This document shows positions 51,580-61,348 of a stretch of DNA of 64,000 nt, in pieces. Below the pieces are notes generated by a model. It made no database searches and had not been told where the DNA came from. It saw only the letters and a program-made list of their open reading frames with translations. Location: IMG/VR virus record IMGVR_UViG_3300030107_006096, positions 20,977 to 84,976 of that record. The stretch is one strand, 5' to 3'. Numbering within the stretch: position 1 is the first letter of the stretch; each line of letters starts with the position of its first letter. The position numbers and the translations under genes were made by a program. This stretch comes from a virus.

Positions 51580-52270
51580 TACCAAAAAATATTATTTTGC
51601 TGAGTTGGTGGGAAGTCTCTACAACATAGACTTAGCAGATCTAGACAGTGAAGATGAGAAAACAAATCTAACATTAGGTAAAGATACTCATACTTCTCTC
51701 CATAAAATTTATTATAACAAGATAGATGCAGACGGTGGATGGCCAGAGTTTGATAATCTATACAAAGCATTTGTCAGAGAAGTTATCTTTCCATTGTTTG
51801 AAGATGACGAGTTGATCTATCAGAAGACTCCCGGCATTCGTTTCAATAGACCGGGAGCGAAAGCAGTTTATAGGTGGCACTCAGACGGTGATTCCCACCA
51901 TAAGCATCCTCTCGGCGAACTGAATGTATTTTTGCCACTCACTAAATCTTTTGATACCAATACTGTATGGATTGAAAGTTTGCCCGGACTTGGAGACTTC
52001 GCTCCAGTAAATCTTGAGTATGGTCAATTCCTTTTCGCTTACTTCAATCAGTGCCGTCATGGAAACCAAGATAATGAAACCGGCAAGACAAGAGTTAGTT
52101 TTGACTTTAGAGTTATGCCTGGTTTTGCGTATGATGATAAATGTGATAAAGTCACATGTACAACAAAACAACCCTTTACAGTAGGTGGGTATTATGATAA
52201 AATGAGTCGTGATGAAACACCAGATACATTTGATCCGATTGAAAATGCAAAGTTAGGTTCAGCATGTTAG
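51560..52270 (+). CDS. StrG-like Fe(II)/2OG oxygenase-fold protein
   Basis: YQKTPGIRF, WHSD, NVFLPLT, HGNQDNETGKTRVSFDFR. Confidence 0.72.
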   Translation: MHILNYDTKKYYFAELVGSLYNIDLADLDSEDEKTNLTLGKDTHTSLHKIYYNKIDADGGWPEFDNLYKAFVREVIFPLFEDDELIYQKTPGIRFNRPGAKAVYRWHSDGDSHHKHPLGELNVFLPLTKSFDTNTVWIESLPGLGDFAPVNLEYGQFLFAYFNQCRHGNQDNETGKTRVSFDFRVMPGFAYDDKCDKVTCTTKQPFTVGGYYDKMSRDETPDTFDPIENAKLGSAC

Positions 52271-52908
52271 TACAAAAGTATATGGACGAGTATAAACTTT
52301 CCGATCCGTGGGATGTGGTTGATTTGTTTGAAAAAGTTCTAGCAGAATATGCTGGAAGCAAGTATGCTGTCGCTGTAGATAATTGCACAGATGCGATGTT
52401 TCTTTGTCTGAAGTATCTTAAAGCAGAAGGCGAAATTATTTTGCCAAAAAGAACATATGTTTCTGTTCCTTGTACTGTCATTCATGCTGGGTGTCAAGTA
52501 AAGTTTGAGGACATTAAGTGGAGTGGAGCATATCAACTTAATCCATATCCAGTATGGGATGGAGCTACTAGAATGAAGCAGGGAATGTACGTTCCAGACT
52601 CTTACTATTGTTTGTCTTTTCATAGAAGAAAACACATTCCAATCGGCAAAGGTGGAATGATACTCACGAACAACAAAGATGCATATGAATGGTTTAAGGT
52701 AGCTCGGTATGAGGGAAGACATATGGACAAGTTGTATAAGGATGACTCCTTTGATATGATTGGATGGAACATGTATATGCCTCCGGAACAAGCAGCCGAG
52801 GGACTGGAGTTGTTTAAAAATATTTCAGATGATAATGATGATCTGGAAACTTCTGGTATGCATAAGGATTTGTCAGAGTTTCCAATATATGAAAAGGCAA
52901 ACCGATGA
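52264..52908 (+). CDS. Short DegT-like PLP-dependent aminotransferase (214 aa)
   Basis: FEKVLAEYAGSKYAVAVDNCT, SFHRRKHIPIGKGGMIL, GWNMYM. Confidence 0.75.
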   Translation: MLVQKYMDEYKLSDPWDVVDLFEKVLAEYAGSKYAVAVDNCTDAMFLCLKYLKAEGEIILPKRTYVSVPCTVIHAGCQVKFEDIKWSGAYQLNPYPVWDGATRMKQGMYVPDSYYCLSFHRRKHIPIGKGGMILTNNKDAYEWFKVARYEGRHMDKLYKDDSFDMIGWNMYMPPEQAAEGLELFKNISDDNDDLETSGMHKDLSEFPIYEKANR

Positions 52909-53723
52909 GTACAAAAATAATTGCAGAGATTGGAATAAATCATAATGGTGACATTAATATCGCAAAGAAATTAATTGATGTTGCTGCTGTTGCAGGATGC
53001 GACTTTGTAAAGTTTCAAAAGAGAAATCCTGATGTATGTGTACCAGAAGATCAGAAGTATAAGAGGAGAGATACTCCTTGGGGAAATCTCATGTATCTAG
53101 AGTACAAATATCGAATGGAGTTTGATCACTCTCAATACGATGAATTGTTTTCATATGCTGATTCAAAAGGAATAGGAATGTTTGCATCAGTTTGGGATAA
53201 TGATTCTGTTGACTTCATGAGAACTTACACAAGCACAATGAAGGTTCCTTCTGCTCTGATCACAAACAATGATCTTTTATTTTATGCAAGAGATCGATCA
53301 GATTATTTAATGATCTCAACAGGAATGAGCGAAGAAAAAGAAATAGAAAATGCAGTGAAGGTAGGAAACCCTGATCTCATATTCCATACTAACTCCTCAT
53401 ATCCATCCCCGGTTGATGATTTAAATTTGAATTATATAGAATGGTTATATGAAAAGTATCCAGATAAAGATATTGGTTACAGTGGACATGAATATGGCCT
53501 TGTCCCTACATATGCAGCAGTTGTCAAGGGTGCTACTTGGATTGAAAGACACATAACACTAGACAGAACAATGTGGGGATCTGATCAGATGGCATCTGTA
53601 GAGCCTCATGGACTAATAAAATTGGTAAAAGATATTCGTAGTATAGAAAAGTCACTAGGAGATAGTGGTCCTAGAAAGGTTTTGGAATCTGAATTAAGTA
53701 AAAGAGAATCATTGAGGGGTTAA
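52905..53723 (+). CDS. neuB: N-acetylneuraminate / nonulosonate synthase (no C-terminal SAF domain)
   Basis: IIAEIGINHNGD, VKFQKR, ISTGMS, SSYP, GYSGHE, IERHITLDR. Confidence 0.92.
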   Translation: MSTKIIAEIGINHNGDINIAKKLIDVAAVAGCDFVKFQKRNPDVCVPEDQKYKRRDTPWGNLMYLEYKYRMEFDHSQYDELFSYADSKGIGMFASVWDNDSVDFMRTYTSTMKVPSALITNNDLLFYARDRSDYLMISTGMSEEKEIENAVKVGNPDLIFHTNSSYPSPVDDLNLNYIEWLYEKYPDKDIGYSGHEYGLVPTYAAVVKGATWIERHITLDRTMWGSDQMASVEPHGLIKLVKDIRSIEKSLGDSGPRKVLESELSKRESLRG

Positions 53724-53724
53724 T

Positions 53725-54360
53725 ATGAAAACAGTAGCGTTGATATTAGCGAGAGGTGGCAGCAAAGGAATCCCAAATAAAAACATTCAGTTGTTGGGTG
53801 GGGAGCCTCTAATAGCATACTCAATAAATGCAGCAAAATATTCTGATGTGGATGAAGTTTGGGTTAGCACAGATTCTGCAAACATAAAAACTTTGGCAAA
53901 AAAGTTTGGGGCGAAAGTCATAGACAGACCTTCTGAATATTCAAAGGACGAATCGCCAAACGAAGATGCTCTATTACATTTTGCAGAGAATGTAGAGTTT
54001 GATATTCTTGTTTCGATGCAGCCTACTTCCCCTTTGATTTCTCCTAAGTATATAAATGAAAGTGTAGAGAAAATAAAGGAAGGATTCAATTCTTCGTTTA
54101 CTGCATACAAGGAACACTGGTATCCAAGATGGACAAAGAACATTGAACCAATCGGTTTTAAGAATGAAAGCAGACCGAGAAGACAAGATAGAAATGATGT
54201 TTATGTGGAGAATGGTGCAGTCTATACCACCACAAGAAAAGATTTGATAAAATCTAAAACTAGAGTAAGTGGAAAGATTGCGGTAGTAGAAATGCCTTTT
54301 GCGGATAGTATTCAAATTGACACCTATGAAGATATGAAATTAGTGGAGAAAATTCTATGA
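53725..54360 (+). CDS. neuA: CMP-nonulosonate (CMP-sialic acid) synthetase
   Basis: LARGGSKGIPNKN, VSTD, QPTSPL, RRQD, ENGAVY, IDTYED. Confidence 0.92.
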   Translation: MKTVALILARGGSKGIPNKNIQLLGGEPLIAYSINAAKYSDVDEVWVSTDSANIKTLAKKFGAKVIDRPSEYSKDESPNEDALLHFAENVEFDILVSMQPTSPLISPKYINESVEKIKEGFNSSFTAYKEHWYPRWTKNIEPIGFKNESRPRRQDRNDVYVENGAVYTTTRKDLIKSKTRVSGKIAVVEMPFADSIQIDTYEDMKLVEKIL

Positions 54361-54689
54361 TTTACTGTTTTGATTTGGATGGAACTCTTTGTAAATTGTC
54401 AGACAGCTATGAGACGGATGAGTATGATAAATCATATCCTATTCCAGAAAGAATAGAAAAAGTAAATTCTCTCTACAAACGTGGTCATAAGATTATCATA
54501 GAGACTGCAAGAGGGTCGGTTTCCGGAAAAGACTGGCACCAAGTTACTAAAGATCAATTAAAAAATTGGGGAGTAAAGTATCATGTACTCCGAACAGGAA
54601 CCAAACATGCAGCCGATCATTATGTTGATGACAAAGCTATAAATGCTTCTGACTTTTTTACAAAACGTGGAGACACACTTAAATTATGA
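54357..54689 (+). CDS. Small capless HAD phosphatase
   Basis: FDLDGTL, TARG, K..ADHYVDDKA. Confidence 0.82.
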   Translation: MIYCFDLDGTLCKLSDSYETDEYDKSYPIPERIEKVNSLYKRGHKIIIETARGSVSGKDWHQVTKDQLKNWGVKYHVLRTGTKHAADHYVDDKAINASDFFTKRGDTLKL

Positions 54690-55672
54690 TATTAATTTGC
54701 TACGGAACAAGACCAGAGTATATCAAAGTAAAACCCCTTATTGAAAAAATGAGGGGAGTTGTTCCGTTTCAAATTCTACATGTTGCTCAACATCAAGATT
54801 TAGTGGATGGAGAATATGATCATTTCATTGAAATAAAAGATGGTGAAAATAGATTAGATTCTATCATTTCATCTGTAATGAATTCTTTTGATTTTAAGGA
54901 ACATGGAATCTCTCATGTAATTGTTCAGGGGGACACTGCTACTGCGTATGCGATTGCTCTAACTGCGTTCAATCATAAAGTTCCTGTTATACATTTAGAG
55001 GCAGGAATGAGAACCTATGATCTAGAAAATCCATATCCAGAAGAAGTATATCGACAATGCATTTCAAGAATTGCATGTATTCATTTTGCTCCTACCTCCA
55101 ACGAGGCCTGTCTCCTGAAACAAGAAAAGGTGCATGGCGACATTCATGTTGTAGGAAATACGGTTCTGGATAATTTGTTGGGGGTTCCTTGTGAGTATGG
55201 GAATGTGGTTCTTCTGACAATGCATCGAAGAGAAAATCACCATGTAATTCCAGAATATTTTAAGACTTTCTCAAAATTAGCAAAAGATAATCCGGATTTG
55301 CAATTTGTTTTACCATTGCATCCAAATCCGAATGTTCAAAAACATAAAGACTTGTTGGAGGGAGTTTTGGTTATAGATCCTTTGCCATATGATTCGATGA
55401 TAAGTTCAATCGCAAAATGCAGAATGATTATTTCGGATAGTGGTGGGATTCAAGAAGAGGCAGCATTCCTTAAGAAAAAGATTATTGTTTGCAGACAAAC
55501 GACAGAAAGAGTTGCTTCCCTTGAATCATCCTCATTTATATGCAGATCACCAGAAGATCTAGAAAAAATATTCTATCGGTTAAAAGATGACTACATAGTA
55601 GAGAAGGATTGTCCATATGGTGACGGTCGATCCAGTGAAAAGATTTTGGAGATTTTGAAATGCGTTGTTTAG
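54686..55672 (+). CDS. wecB: UDP-GlcNAc 2-epimerase, non-hydrolysing type
   Basis: GTRPEYIK, QGDT, HLEAGMRT..PYPEE, TMHRREN, DSGGIQEEA, PYGDG. Confidence 0.88.
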   Translation: MILICYGTRPEYIKVKPLIEKMRGVVPFQILHVAQHQDLVDGEYDHFIEIKDGENRLDSIISSVMNSFDFKEHGISHVIVQGDTATAYAIALTAFNHKVPVIHLEAGMRTYDLENPYPEEVYRQCISRIACIHFAPTSNEACLLKQEKVHGDIHVVGNTVLDNLLGVPCEYGNVVLLTMHRRENHHVIPEYFKTFSKLAKDNPDLQFVLPLHPNPNVQKHKDLLEGVLVIDPLPYDSMISSIAKCRMIISDSGGIQEEAAFLKKKIIVCRQTTERVASLESSSFICRSPEDLEKIFYRLKDDYIVEKDCPYGDGRSSEKILEILKCVV

Positions 55673-56577
55673 TTACAGGTGGAGCAGGTTTCATAGGATC
55701 TAACCTTGTTGATCGTCTTATACAAGATGGCAATGAGGTTGTTGTCATTGATAATGAATCATCAGGTTCCTATGAAAAATTTCATTGGAACGAGTCTGCT
55801 GAAAATTACAAGTATGACATAGCGGACTATGATAAAATATATCCACTGTTTAAAAATGTTGATGTTGTCTTTCACTTAGCTGCACAAGCTAGGATACAGG
55901 TTTGTATAGAAAACCCTGTTACGGCAGTTAAATCTAATATTTTAGGAACTTCTTGCGTTCTGCAATGTGCAAAAGAGAATGGAATCAAAAGAGTAATTTA
56001 TTCTTCGACATCTTCTGCGTATGGTTTGAAGAATGATCCTCCATTAGTAGAGTCTATGCAAACTGATTGTTTAAATCCTTATTCTGTTTCTAAAGTAGCT
56101 GGTGAGGATCTGTGCAAAATGTATAATGATCTTTATGGATTGGAAACTATAATTTTTAGATACTTCAATATTTATGGCAACCGGCAACCAACAAAAGGAC
56201 AATACTCCCCCGTTATTGGTTTATTTCAAAATCAATTAGAATTGGGAAAACCAATGACAGTTGTTGGTGATGGTTTACAAACAAGAGACTATACAAATGT
56301 TTCAGATGTAGTTGAAGCAAATATTTTAGCTTCTCAAACTCAAGAGAAGGAAGCGTTTGGTCAAATCTTTAATATAGGATTTGGAAAAAACTATAGTGTA
56401 ATGGAATTAGTAGAAATGTTAGGCGGAAAAGATGCAAATTATGTTAACATACCTAACAGACTTGGAGAGTCCAGACATACTTTATCTGACTGTTCAAAAG
56501 CAGAAAGAATATTAAATTGGAAAGCAAAAATTGACTTAAAAGAATGGATTAAAATATGCAAGAAACAATTAGTGTAG
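55660..56577 (+). CDS. NAD-dependent sugar epimerase/dehydratase (SDR)
   Basis: VTGGAGFIGS, SSTSSAYG, YSVSK, RYFNIYG, GDGLQTRD. Confidence 0.9.
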   Translation: MRCLVTGGAGFIGSNLVDRLIQDGNEVVVIDNESSGSYEKFHWNESAENYKYDIADYDKIYPLFKNVDVVFHLAAQARIQVCIENPVTAVKSNILGTSCVLQCAKENGIKRVIYSSTSSAYGLKNDPPLVESMQTDCLNPYSVSKVAGEDLCKMYNDLYGLETIIFRYFNIYGNRQPTKGQYSPVIGLFQNQLELGKPMTVVGDGLQTRDYTNVSDVVEANILASQTQEKEAFGQIFNIGFGKNYSVMELVEMLGGKDANYVNIPNRLGESRHTLSDCSKAERILNWKAKIDLKEWIKICKKQLV

Positions 56578-57917
56578 ATGAATCTAAGATTGTTAAGAAG
56601 GCTCCCAAACCTGAAGGAATAAGTGTAACACTCTGTATGATAGTGAAGGATGAATCTCACATCATCAAAGAATGTTTAGAGTCTATGCTTCCATTCATTG
56701 ATAGGTATGATATCACCGATACTGGATCAACTGATGGGACTCCTGAATTGATTAAAGAATATATGGATGAACGAGGAATTCCCGGTGAGGTATATATTTC
56801 TGACTGGAAAGGTTTCGGTAAAAGCAGAACAGAAGCACTAGGAAGATGTGACGACAAAGCAGATTATATCTGGATGATCGATGCTGACGATAGGGTCACT
56901 GGAAATTTTAAATATCCTCCGGTTATGGATGCAGATGCATACAGTCTTCGACTAGGAAGGCCAGATTTTTCTTGGTTTAGAAATCAAATATTTAAAACAG
57001 GCGTTCAGTGGGAGTATGTTGGAATTCTTCACGAATATGCAGAATGCAAATCCAAAACACCTGAAACCACTAGAGTTGTCAAGTGGGATCAAGGAGACTA
57101 CTTTGTTGAAGCAAGAACTCTTGGTGCTAGAAATGTGGGAATTGATCCTAAAGATAAGTATGCAAAAGATGCAGAACAACTTCTAGATGCACTTACTAAT
57201 GAAGAATCTGATACTTACGAACCCAATAATGTTCGTTATCAATTCTATCTTGCTCAATCTTATTTTGATTCACATCAATGGGATGAAGCAGTGGAAGCAT
57301 ATAAGAAGAGAATAGAAATGGGAGGATGGGAAGAAGAAATTTGGTTCTCTTATTTCAGAATTGCGATCATCTATGCGATTCAGGAGAAGACATGGGGAGA
57401 AGTAAAACAAGCATATCTAGATGCTTTCGAATATAGACCTCATAGAGCAGAACCTCTATATGAAATCGCAAGAGTATGCAGGACTATGGGAAAGCCTCGT
57501 CAGGCTTACATTTATGCTAAAATGGGAGTAGAAATACAATATCCCGAGCAAGATATTCTATTCATTGCAAAGGATGTATATGATTGGAAAATGTTAGATG
57601 AATTTGGTTCTGTTGCCTTTTATATTGGAGATTTCCAGAATGGTGGGGGAGCATGTCAAAAACTGATGGCAGAAAATAGATTCCCCGATTCAGAGAGGGA
57701 GAGGATCTCTAATAATTTAAGATCATATGAAGCTCAGATTCAAGCTCTATACCAACAGAGAATGCAGTTTGAAGAGAATCAAAAAAGAATGATTGAGGAA
57801 AATAAGCAAAAAGAAAGAGAAGAAAAGAAGCAGCAGAAAGCTGTAAAAGCCATGCAACCTAAAAAATCCACAAAAACCCAAAGTCCAAAGAAGGGAAAAA
57901 AGAAAAGGAATAAATAG
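56556..57917 (+). CDS. GT2 glycosyltransferase with TPR repeats
   Basis: LCMIVKDE, DTGSTDGT, IDADD, GILHE, FYLAQSY followed by TPR-like helices; basic tail. Confidence 0.87.
   Translation: MQETISVDESKIVKKAPKPEGISVTLCMIVKDESHIIKECLESMLPFIDRYDITDTGSTDGTPELIKEYMDERGIPGEVYISDWKGFGKSRTEALGRCDDKADYIWMIDADDRVTGNFKYPPVMDADAYSLRLGRPDFSWFRNQIFKTGVQWEYVGILHEYAECKSKTPETTRVVKWDQGDYFVEARTLGARNVGIDPKDKYAKDAEQLLDALTNEESDTYEPNNVRYQFYLAQSYFDSHQWDEAVEAYKKRIEMGGWEEEIWFSYFRIAIIYAIQEKTWGEVKQAYLDAFEYRPHRAEPLYEIARVCRTMGKPRQAYIYAKMGVEIQYPEQDILFIAKDVYDWKMLDEFGSVAFYIGDFQNGGGACQKLMAENRFPDSERERISNNLRSYEAQIQALYQQRMQFEENQKRMIEENKQKEREEKKQQKAVKAMQPKKSTKTQSPKKGKKKRNK
57909..57916 (+). promoter_or_regulatory. Late promoter variant AATAAATA for the fibre module
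   Basis: ATAAATA core followed by GT, as at the gp19, gp23 and gp3 sites; about 19 nt before ATG 57935. Confidence 0.5.
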
Positions 57918-57934
57918 TATAAAAGGGAAAAAAC

Positions 57935-58381
57935 ATGGCAGTTAATTACAATTTAGAAGCACAGCAAGGCGCAAACTTCACATTTCATGTTAAATATCTG
58001 GATGAAAATAATAGTCCGGTTGATTTGGCAGGAATGACTGCTTCCATGCAGGTACGAAGATATGCTACTTCAAGTACAAAATTAATAGAATGGGCATCTC
58101 ACAATGTCGGTTCCATACTATACCCTTTGGGAGTTACCACGGACGGAACAGGGGGAAGTGGTGGAATAAAATTAAATGCAACTTACACTGGCGGAACAGC
58201 TAGTATTCTTATCAACGGTATGACGGGATCAACTGGAGGAATCTATGTTACTGCTGATCCCGAAACAATGAGTCATGTTCCTGTTGGTAAACATTATTAT
58301 GACCTTGAATTGATAAATGGAAATACAATTTTAAGAATAGTTGAAGGAAGATTCGAAGTCAAAGGAAATGTATCGAGATGA
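57935..58381 (+). CDS. Virion structural protein (baseplate/fibre-associated, BppU-like)
   Basis: QGANF, DLAGMTASMQVR, YYDLEL..RIVEGRFEV pattern of phage structural adaptor proteins. Confidence 0.6.
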   Translation: MAVNYNLEAQQGANFTFHVKYLDENNSPVDLAGMTASMQVRRYATSSTKLIEWASHNVGSILYPLGVTTDGTGGSGGIKLNATYTGGTASILINGMTGSTGGIYVTADPETMSHVPVGKHYYDLELINGNTILRIVEGRFEVKGNVSR

Positions 58382-58509
58382 AGATAAGCATAAGAGAAGA
58401 AAATCTTATTAAGAAAACAGTTCAAAAGAAAATTCTTGCAAGTCTTGATGTTATCAATATGATTACAATCAAAAAAGAAGTAAAAAATAATAGATTTACT
58501 TTGAGATGA
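58378..58509 (+). CDS. Small hypothetical protein (43 aa, MKISIREENL...FTLR), absent from the ORF track
   Basis: ATGA overlap with the upstream stop; TGA 58507-58509 just before ATG 58513. Confidence 0.5.
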   Translation: MKISIREENLIKKTVQKKILASLDVINMITIKKEVKNNRFTLR

Positions 58510-58512
58510 ATT

Positions 58513-59838
58513 ATGTTAGAAAGTTTTTCAAATTATTCTCCTAAAAATGAATATTCTGTTCGCACGGGAAATTCAAATGTAATTACAGGTTCAAATAAAA
58601 TTGGATCTGAATTTGCTATAGTACAAGACGTTGGAGAGATAAAAGAAAATACTACCTTAACTCTCGTCGAAAAAGAAAATGCAGTAGATCCTTTTTTCTT
58701 TCAAGTAGGAAAAGGATTAGCAGAGGCATATTTCAAAGACTCCAAACAAAAATATTATTGTTTTACAGGCTCCACTTCTCAAATTGAAGAATTGTTTGAC
58801 TCAATTGAACCCAAGTTCGAAGAACATATCATTGAAGATGAAGAGATAATAAATGAGATTATGATTCAAGGACCTGTTGGAGAAAAGGGAGATATTGGTG
58901 AACAAGGCCCCCAAGGTGAAATAGGACCACAGGGAGTAAAGGGAGATACCGGCTTAAGAGGAATTCAAGGTGAACAAGGCCCTCAGGGAGAGCAGGGGGA
59001 TCAAGGTGAACAAGGCGAAGTTGGAGAACAAGGCCCTCAAGGCGAACGAGGTGAAGTTGGAGAACAAGGCCCTCAGGGAGAACAGGGTGTCCAAGGTGAG
59101 CAAGGAATTCAAGGAATACAAGGTGAACAAGGCGCTAAAGGTGAGCAAGGAATTCAAGGAGTTCCCGGCATTAAAGGTGATCGGGGCGAACAGGGAATTC
59201 AAGGCGAACAAGGTCTTCAAGGTGAGCAAGGAATACAAGGTGAACGTGGCGAAGTTGGAGAAAAAGGCCCTAAAGGTGAACAGGGCATCCGGGGAGTTCG
59301 GGGAGAAAAGGGCGATAGAGGTGCAGAGGGAAAACGAGGACTTAAAGGCGAAAAAGGCGACAAAGGCGATCCAGGCGAAAAGGGAGATCCCGGAGAACCT
59401 GTGCAAATTAAAACTGGAAAAGGACTAAAGTACAACAAAAAGAAAAATGAACTTTGGTTAGATCCAAACACATTCCCTCCAGTTCCATTAGGACAAGTTG
59501 GGGGTGCAGTGATCGGCGGCGGTGGTAGTAACACTGGTGTCCAATCTGATGAAACAGTAATCAGAAGCACAGTAAGGCATATAAATTTTGCCTCAGACTT
59601 TACGGTGGAGAAGACTGGAAAAGAAGACGTTAAAGTTACAGTGAATCCAGCAACTCAAGAAAACCGACATGCACAAGCTAACTACGGCTCATTGTCAGCC
59701 GGTGCTGCTAAGTCACAAGAGTCAAACAATCCCTCAATTGTATTAACTGCTGGTGGCAATAATGAAATATTCCAAAACTTGGATATGAAAGATAATGAAA
59801 TAAAAAATGTAAAATTAGACGGTGGAACTTTCACCTAA
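58513..59838 (+). CDS. Collagen-like fibre protein
   Basis: 59 uninterrupted Gly-X-Y triplets (58870-59400); ends in LDGGTF. Confidence 0.88.
   Translation: MLESFSNYSPKNEYSVRTGNSNVITGSNKIGSEFAIVQDVGEIKENTTLTLVEKENAVDPFFFQVGKGLAEAYFKDSKQKYYCFTGSTSQIEELFDSIEPKFEEHIIEDEEIINEIMIQGPVGEKGDIGEQGPQGEIGPQGVKGDTGLRGIQGEQGPQGEQGDQGEQGEVGEQGPQGERGEVGEQGPQGEQGVQGEQGIQGIQGEQGAKGEQGIQGVPGIKGDRGEQGIQGEQGLQGEQGIQGERGEVGEKGPKGEQGIRGVRGEKGDRGAEGKRGLKGEKGDKGDPGEKGDPGEPVQIKTGKGLKYNKKKNELWLDPNTFPPVPLGQVGGAVIGGGGSNTGVQSDETVIRSTVRHINFASDFTVEKTGKEDVKVTVNPATQENRHAQANYGSLSAGAAKSQESNNPSIVLTAGGNNEIFQNLDMKDNEIKNVKLDGGTFT
58870..59400 (+). repeat. Collagen-coding 9-nt-periodic repeat
   Basis: Includes an exact 23-bp direct repeat GAAGTTGGAGAACAAGGCCCTCA at 59017-59039 and 59053-59075. 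Confidence 0.85.
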
Positions 59839-59857
59839 ATAATACGAGGTAATAATT

Positions 59858-61339
59858 ATGGTAACACATATTCAATTTCATAGATCTTGCGTAGCGGGAG
59901 CAACTCCCGACGTTTCTACAATGTACGAGGGTGAGCCTGCTGTCAATCTTACTGATGGCATCTTATGGGTAAAAGGCTGTACTAGCGAATTGGTTCTTTT
60001 TCCTACAGGAGTTTCTTCTGTAAACGGTTCGACGGGCGATGTTACTATAACTGATTTAGTGGGTGTTGAAACATTCAACGGAGCGACTGGTGACGTACAG
60101 GGAGTAGGATCATTCAATGGATTAACCGGAACTGTTGACACATCTACTTTATTGATTCATGCTGATGGAATTTCTGCTGATGGTGCAACATTTGGTGATA
60201 ATATCAATTTGGGTGGTAATATTGTTCACTCAGGAGATACCGATACTCTTTTACAGTTTGATACGAATCAGGTAACTTTAAAGGCAGGAAATGCTACACT
60301 GTTAGAAGGCAATGCAAATGGTGTTCTCCATGTACCAACAGGTGTCTCTGGTGGTGGAGCGACATTCAGCGAAAATGTAGTGATTGAAAATGTCGGAGAT
60401 ATTGCACTCACAGTTAAAGGAGATACCGATAACTCTGGTGAAAACGACAACCCACTCATTCGTTTAGAACAAGACGGAGGAGCAGTCAGTTGTAATATTG
60501 GAATCAATGGTGACTCGAACAATCAATTTGTAGGCGCACAACCAAATGCGTTCTACATTGAAGCGGAATCATCTTCCGGTGCGGTTAACCAATTAATTCA
60601 ATTTGCAACAAACAACGCAGATGTAATGACACTCAATGGTGATGGTAATGTTGGAATCAACACAAGTGTACCAAGAGAAAGATTAGAAGTTCAAGGCACA
60701 ATTCAAGCAACAGGAGTTTCTGCTGAAGGATTGACTTGTAGTGGCAATATCATCATAGGTGAAGATGCATTCATTGGAACTGCTGCTGACGATGAAAGAA
60801 TTAAATTTGATGGTTCAAGTAACATACTTTCGTTTAGAACTCCAAATGTCCAAATTGAGAGAAAACTAGCACACTATGGAGATGGAGATACATACCTTGA
60901 CTTTACTTCGGACAGATTAAAGGTTGAAGTGGGTGATAGTTTAGTAATGGATATGAGTGCTGGCGGAATCACAATGGGAGATTTCGAGCTTACTCGACCT
61001 AAGCTGAAGGATTATTCTGAAACTGCATTAGCAACTAGCACTAAAAGTGCTTCGTTCAATGTTGATTTTGAAGACGGTAATGTCCAATCCTTCACTTTCA
61101 GTGATGACCTTACAGTGAGTTTCACCAACCCACCTGCAAGTGGTTCAGCAGGAACAGTTACACTTATTATTACAAATGGTGGCGCAAACACAACAACTTG
61201 GCATTCAAATGTATATTGGCCGGGAAATAATGCCCCTTCACTTACATCGAGTGGTGTAGATATTATTTCGTTTGTGACAATCGATGCAGGAACTAAAATT
61301 TACGGATTCGTTGGTGGACTTAACTTCCTAAATTCATAG
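59858..61339 (+). CDS. Tail-fibre / adhesin-like structural protein
   Basis: N-terminal IQFHRS..GEPAVNLTDGILW, VSSVNGSTGDV-type repeats, GNVGINTSVPRERLEVQG, C-terminal WPGNNAPSLT domain. Confidence 0.75.
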   Translation: MVTHIQFHRSCVAGATPDVSTMYEGEPAVNLTDGILWVKGCTSELVLFPTGVSSVNGSTGDVTITDLVGVETFNGATGDVQGVGSFNGLTGTVDTSTLLIHADGISADGATFGDNINLGGNIVHSGDTDTLLQFDTNQVTLKAGNATLLEGNANGVLHVPTGVSGGGATFSENVVIENVGDIALTVKGDTDNSGENDNPLIRLEQDGGAVSCNIGINGDSNNQFVGAQPNAFYIEAESSSGAVNQLIQFATNNADVMTLNGDGNVGINTSVPRERLEVQGTIQATGVSAEGLTCSGNIIIGEDAFIGTAADDERIKFDGSSNILSFRTPNVQIERKLAHYGDGDTYLDFTSDRLKVEVGDSLVMDMSAGGITMGDFELTRPKLKDYSETALATSTKSASFNVDFEDGNVQSFTFSDDLTVSFTNPPASGSAGTVTLIITNGGANTTTWHSNVYWPGNNAPSLTSSGVDIISFVTIDAGTKIYGFVGGLNFLNS

Positions 61340-61348
61340 GATTATATT

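Noticed and set aside
34211-57917. Island as contaminating or misassembled bacterial capsule locus
   Set aside because: It is flanked seamlessly by regA and phage structural genes, gmd/fcl are interleaved with gp45/gp44, and it lacks membrane export genes; read mapping would be the final check.
58870-59400. Repeats considered as a possible CRISPR array
   Set aside because: They are in-frame collagen codon repeats with no unique spacers, and no cas genes are present.
58954-59570. Alternative-frame and antisense ORFs over the collagen gene (58970-59428 +, 58954-59406 -, 59217-59570 -)
   Set aside because: By-products of the stop-poor 9-nt periodic Gly-X-Y repeat; no RBS or independent motif.
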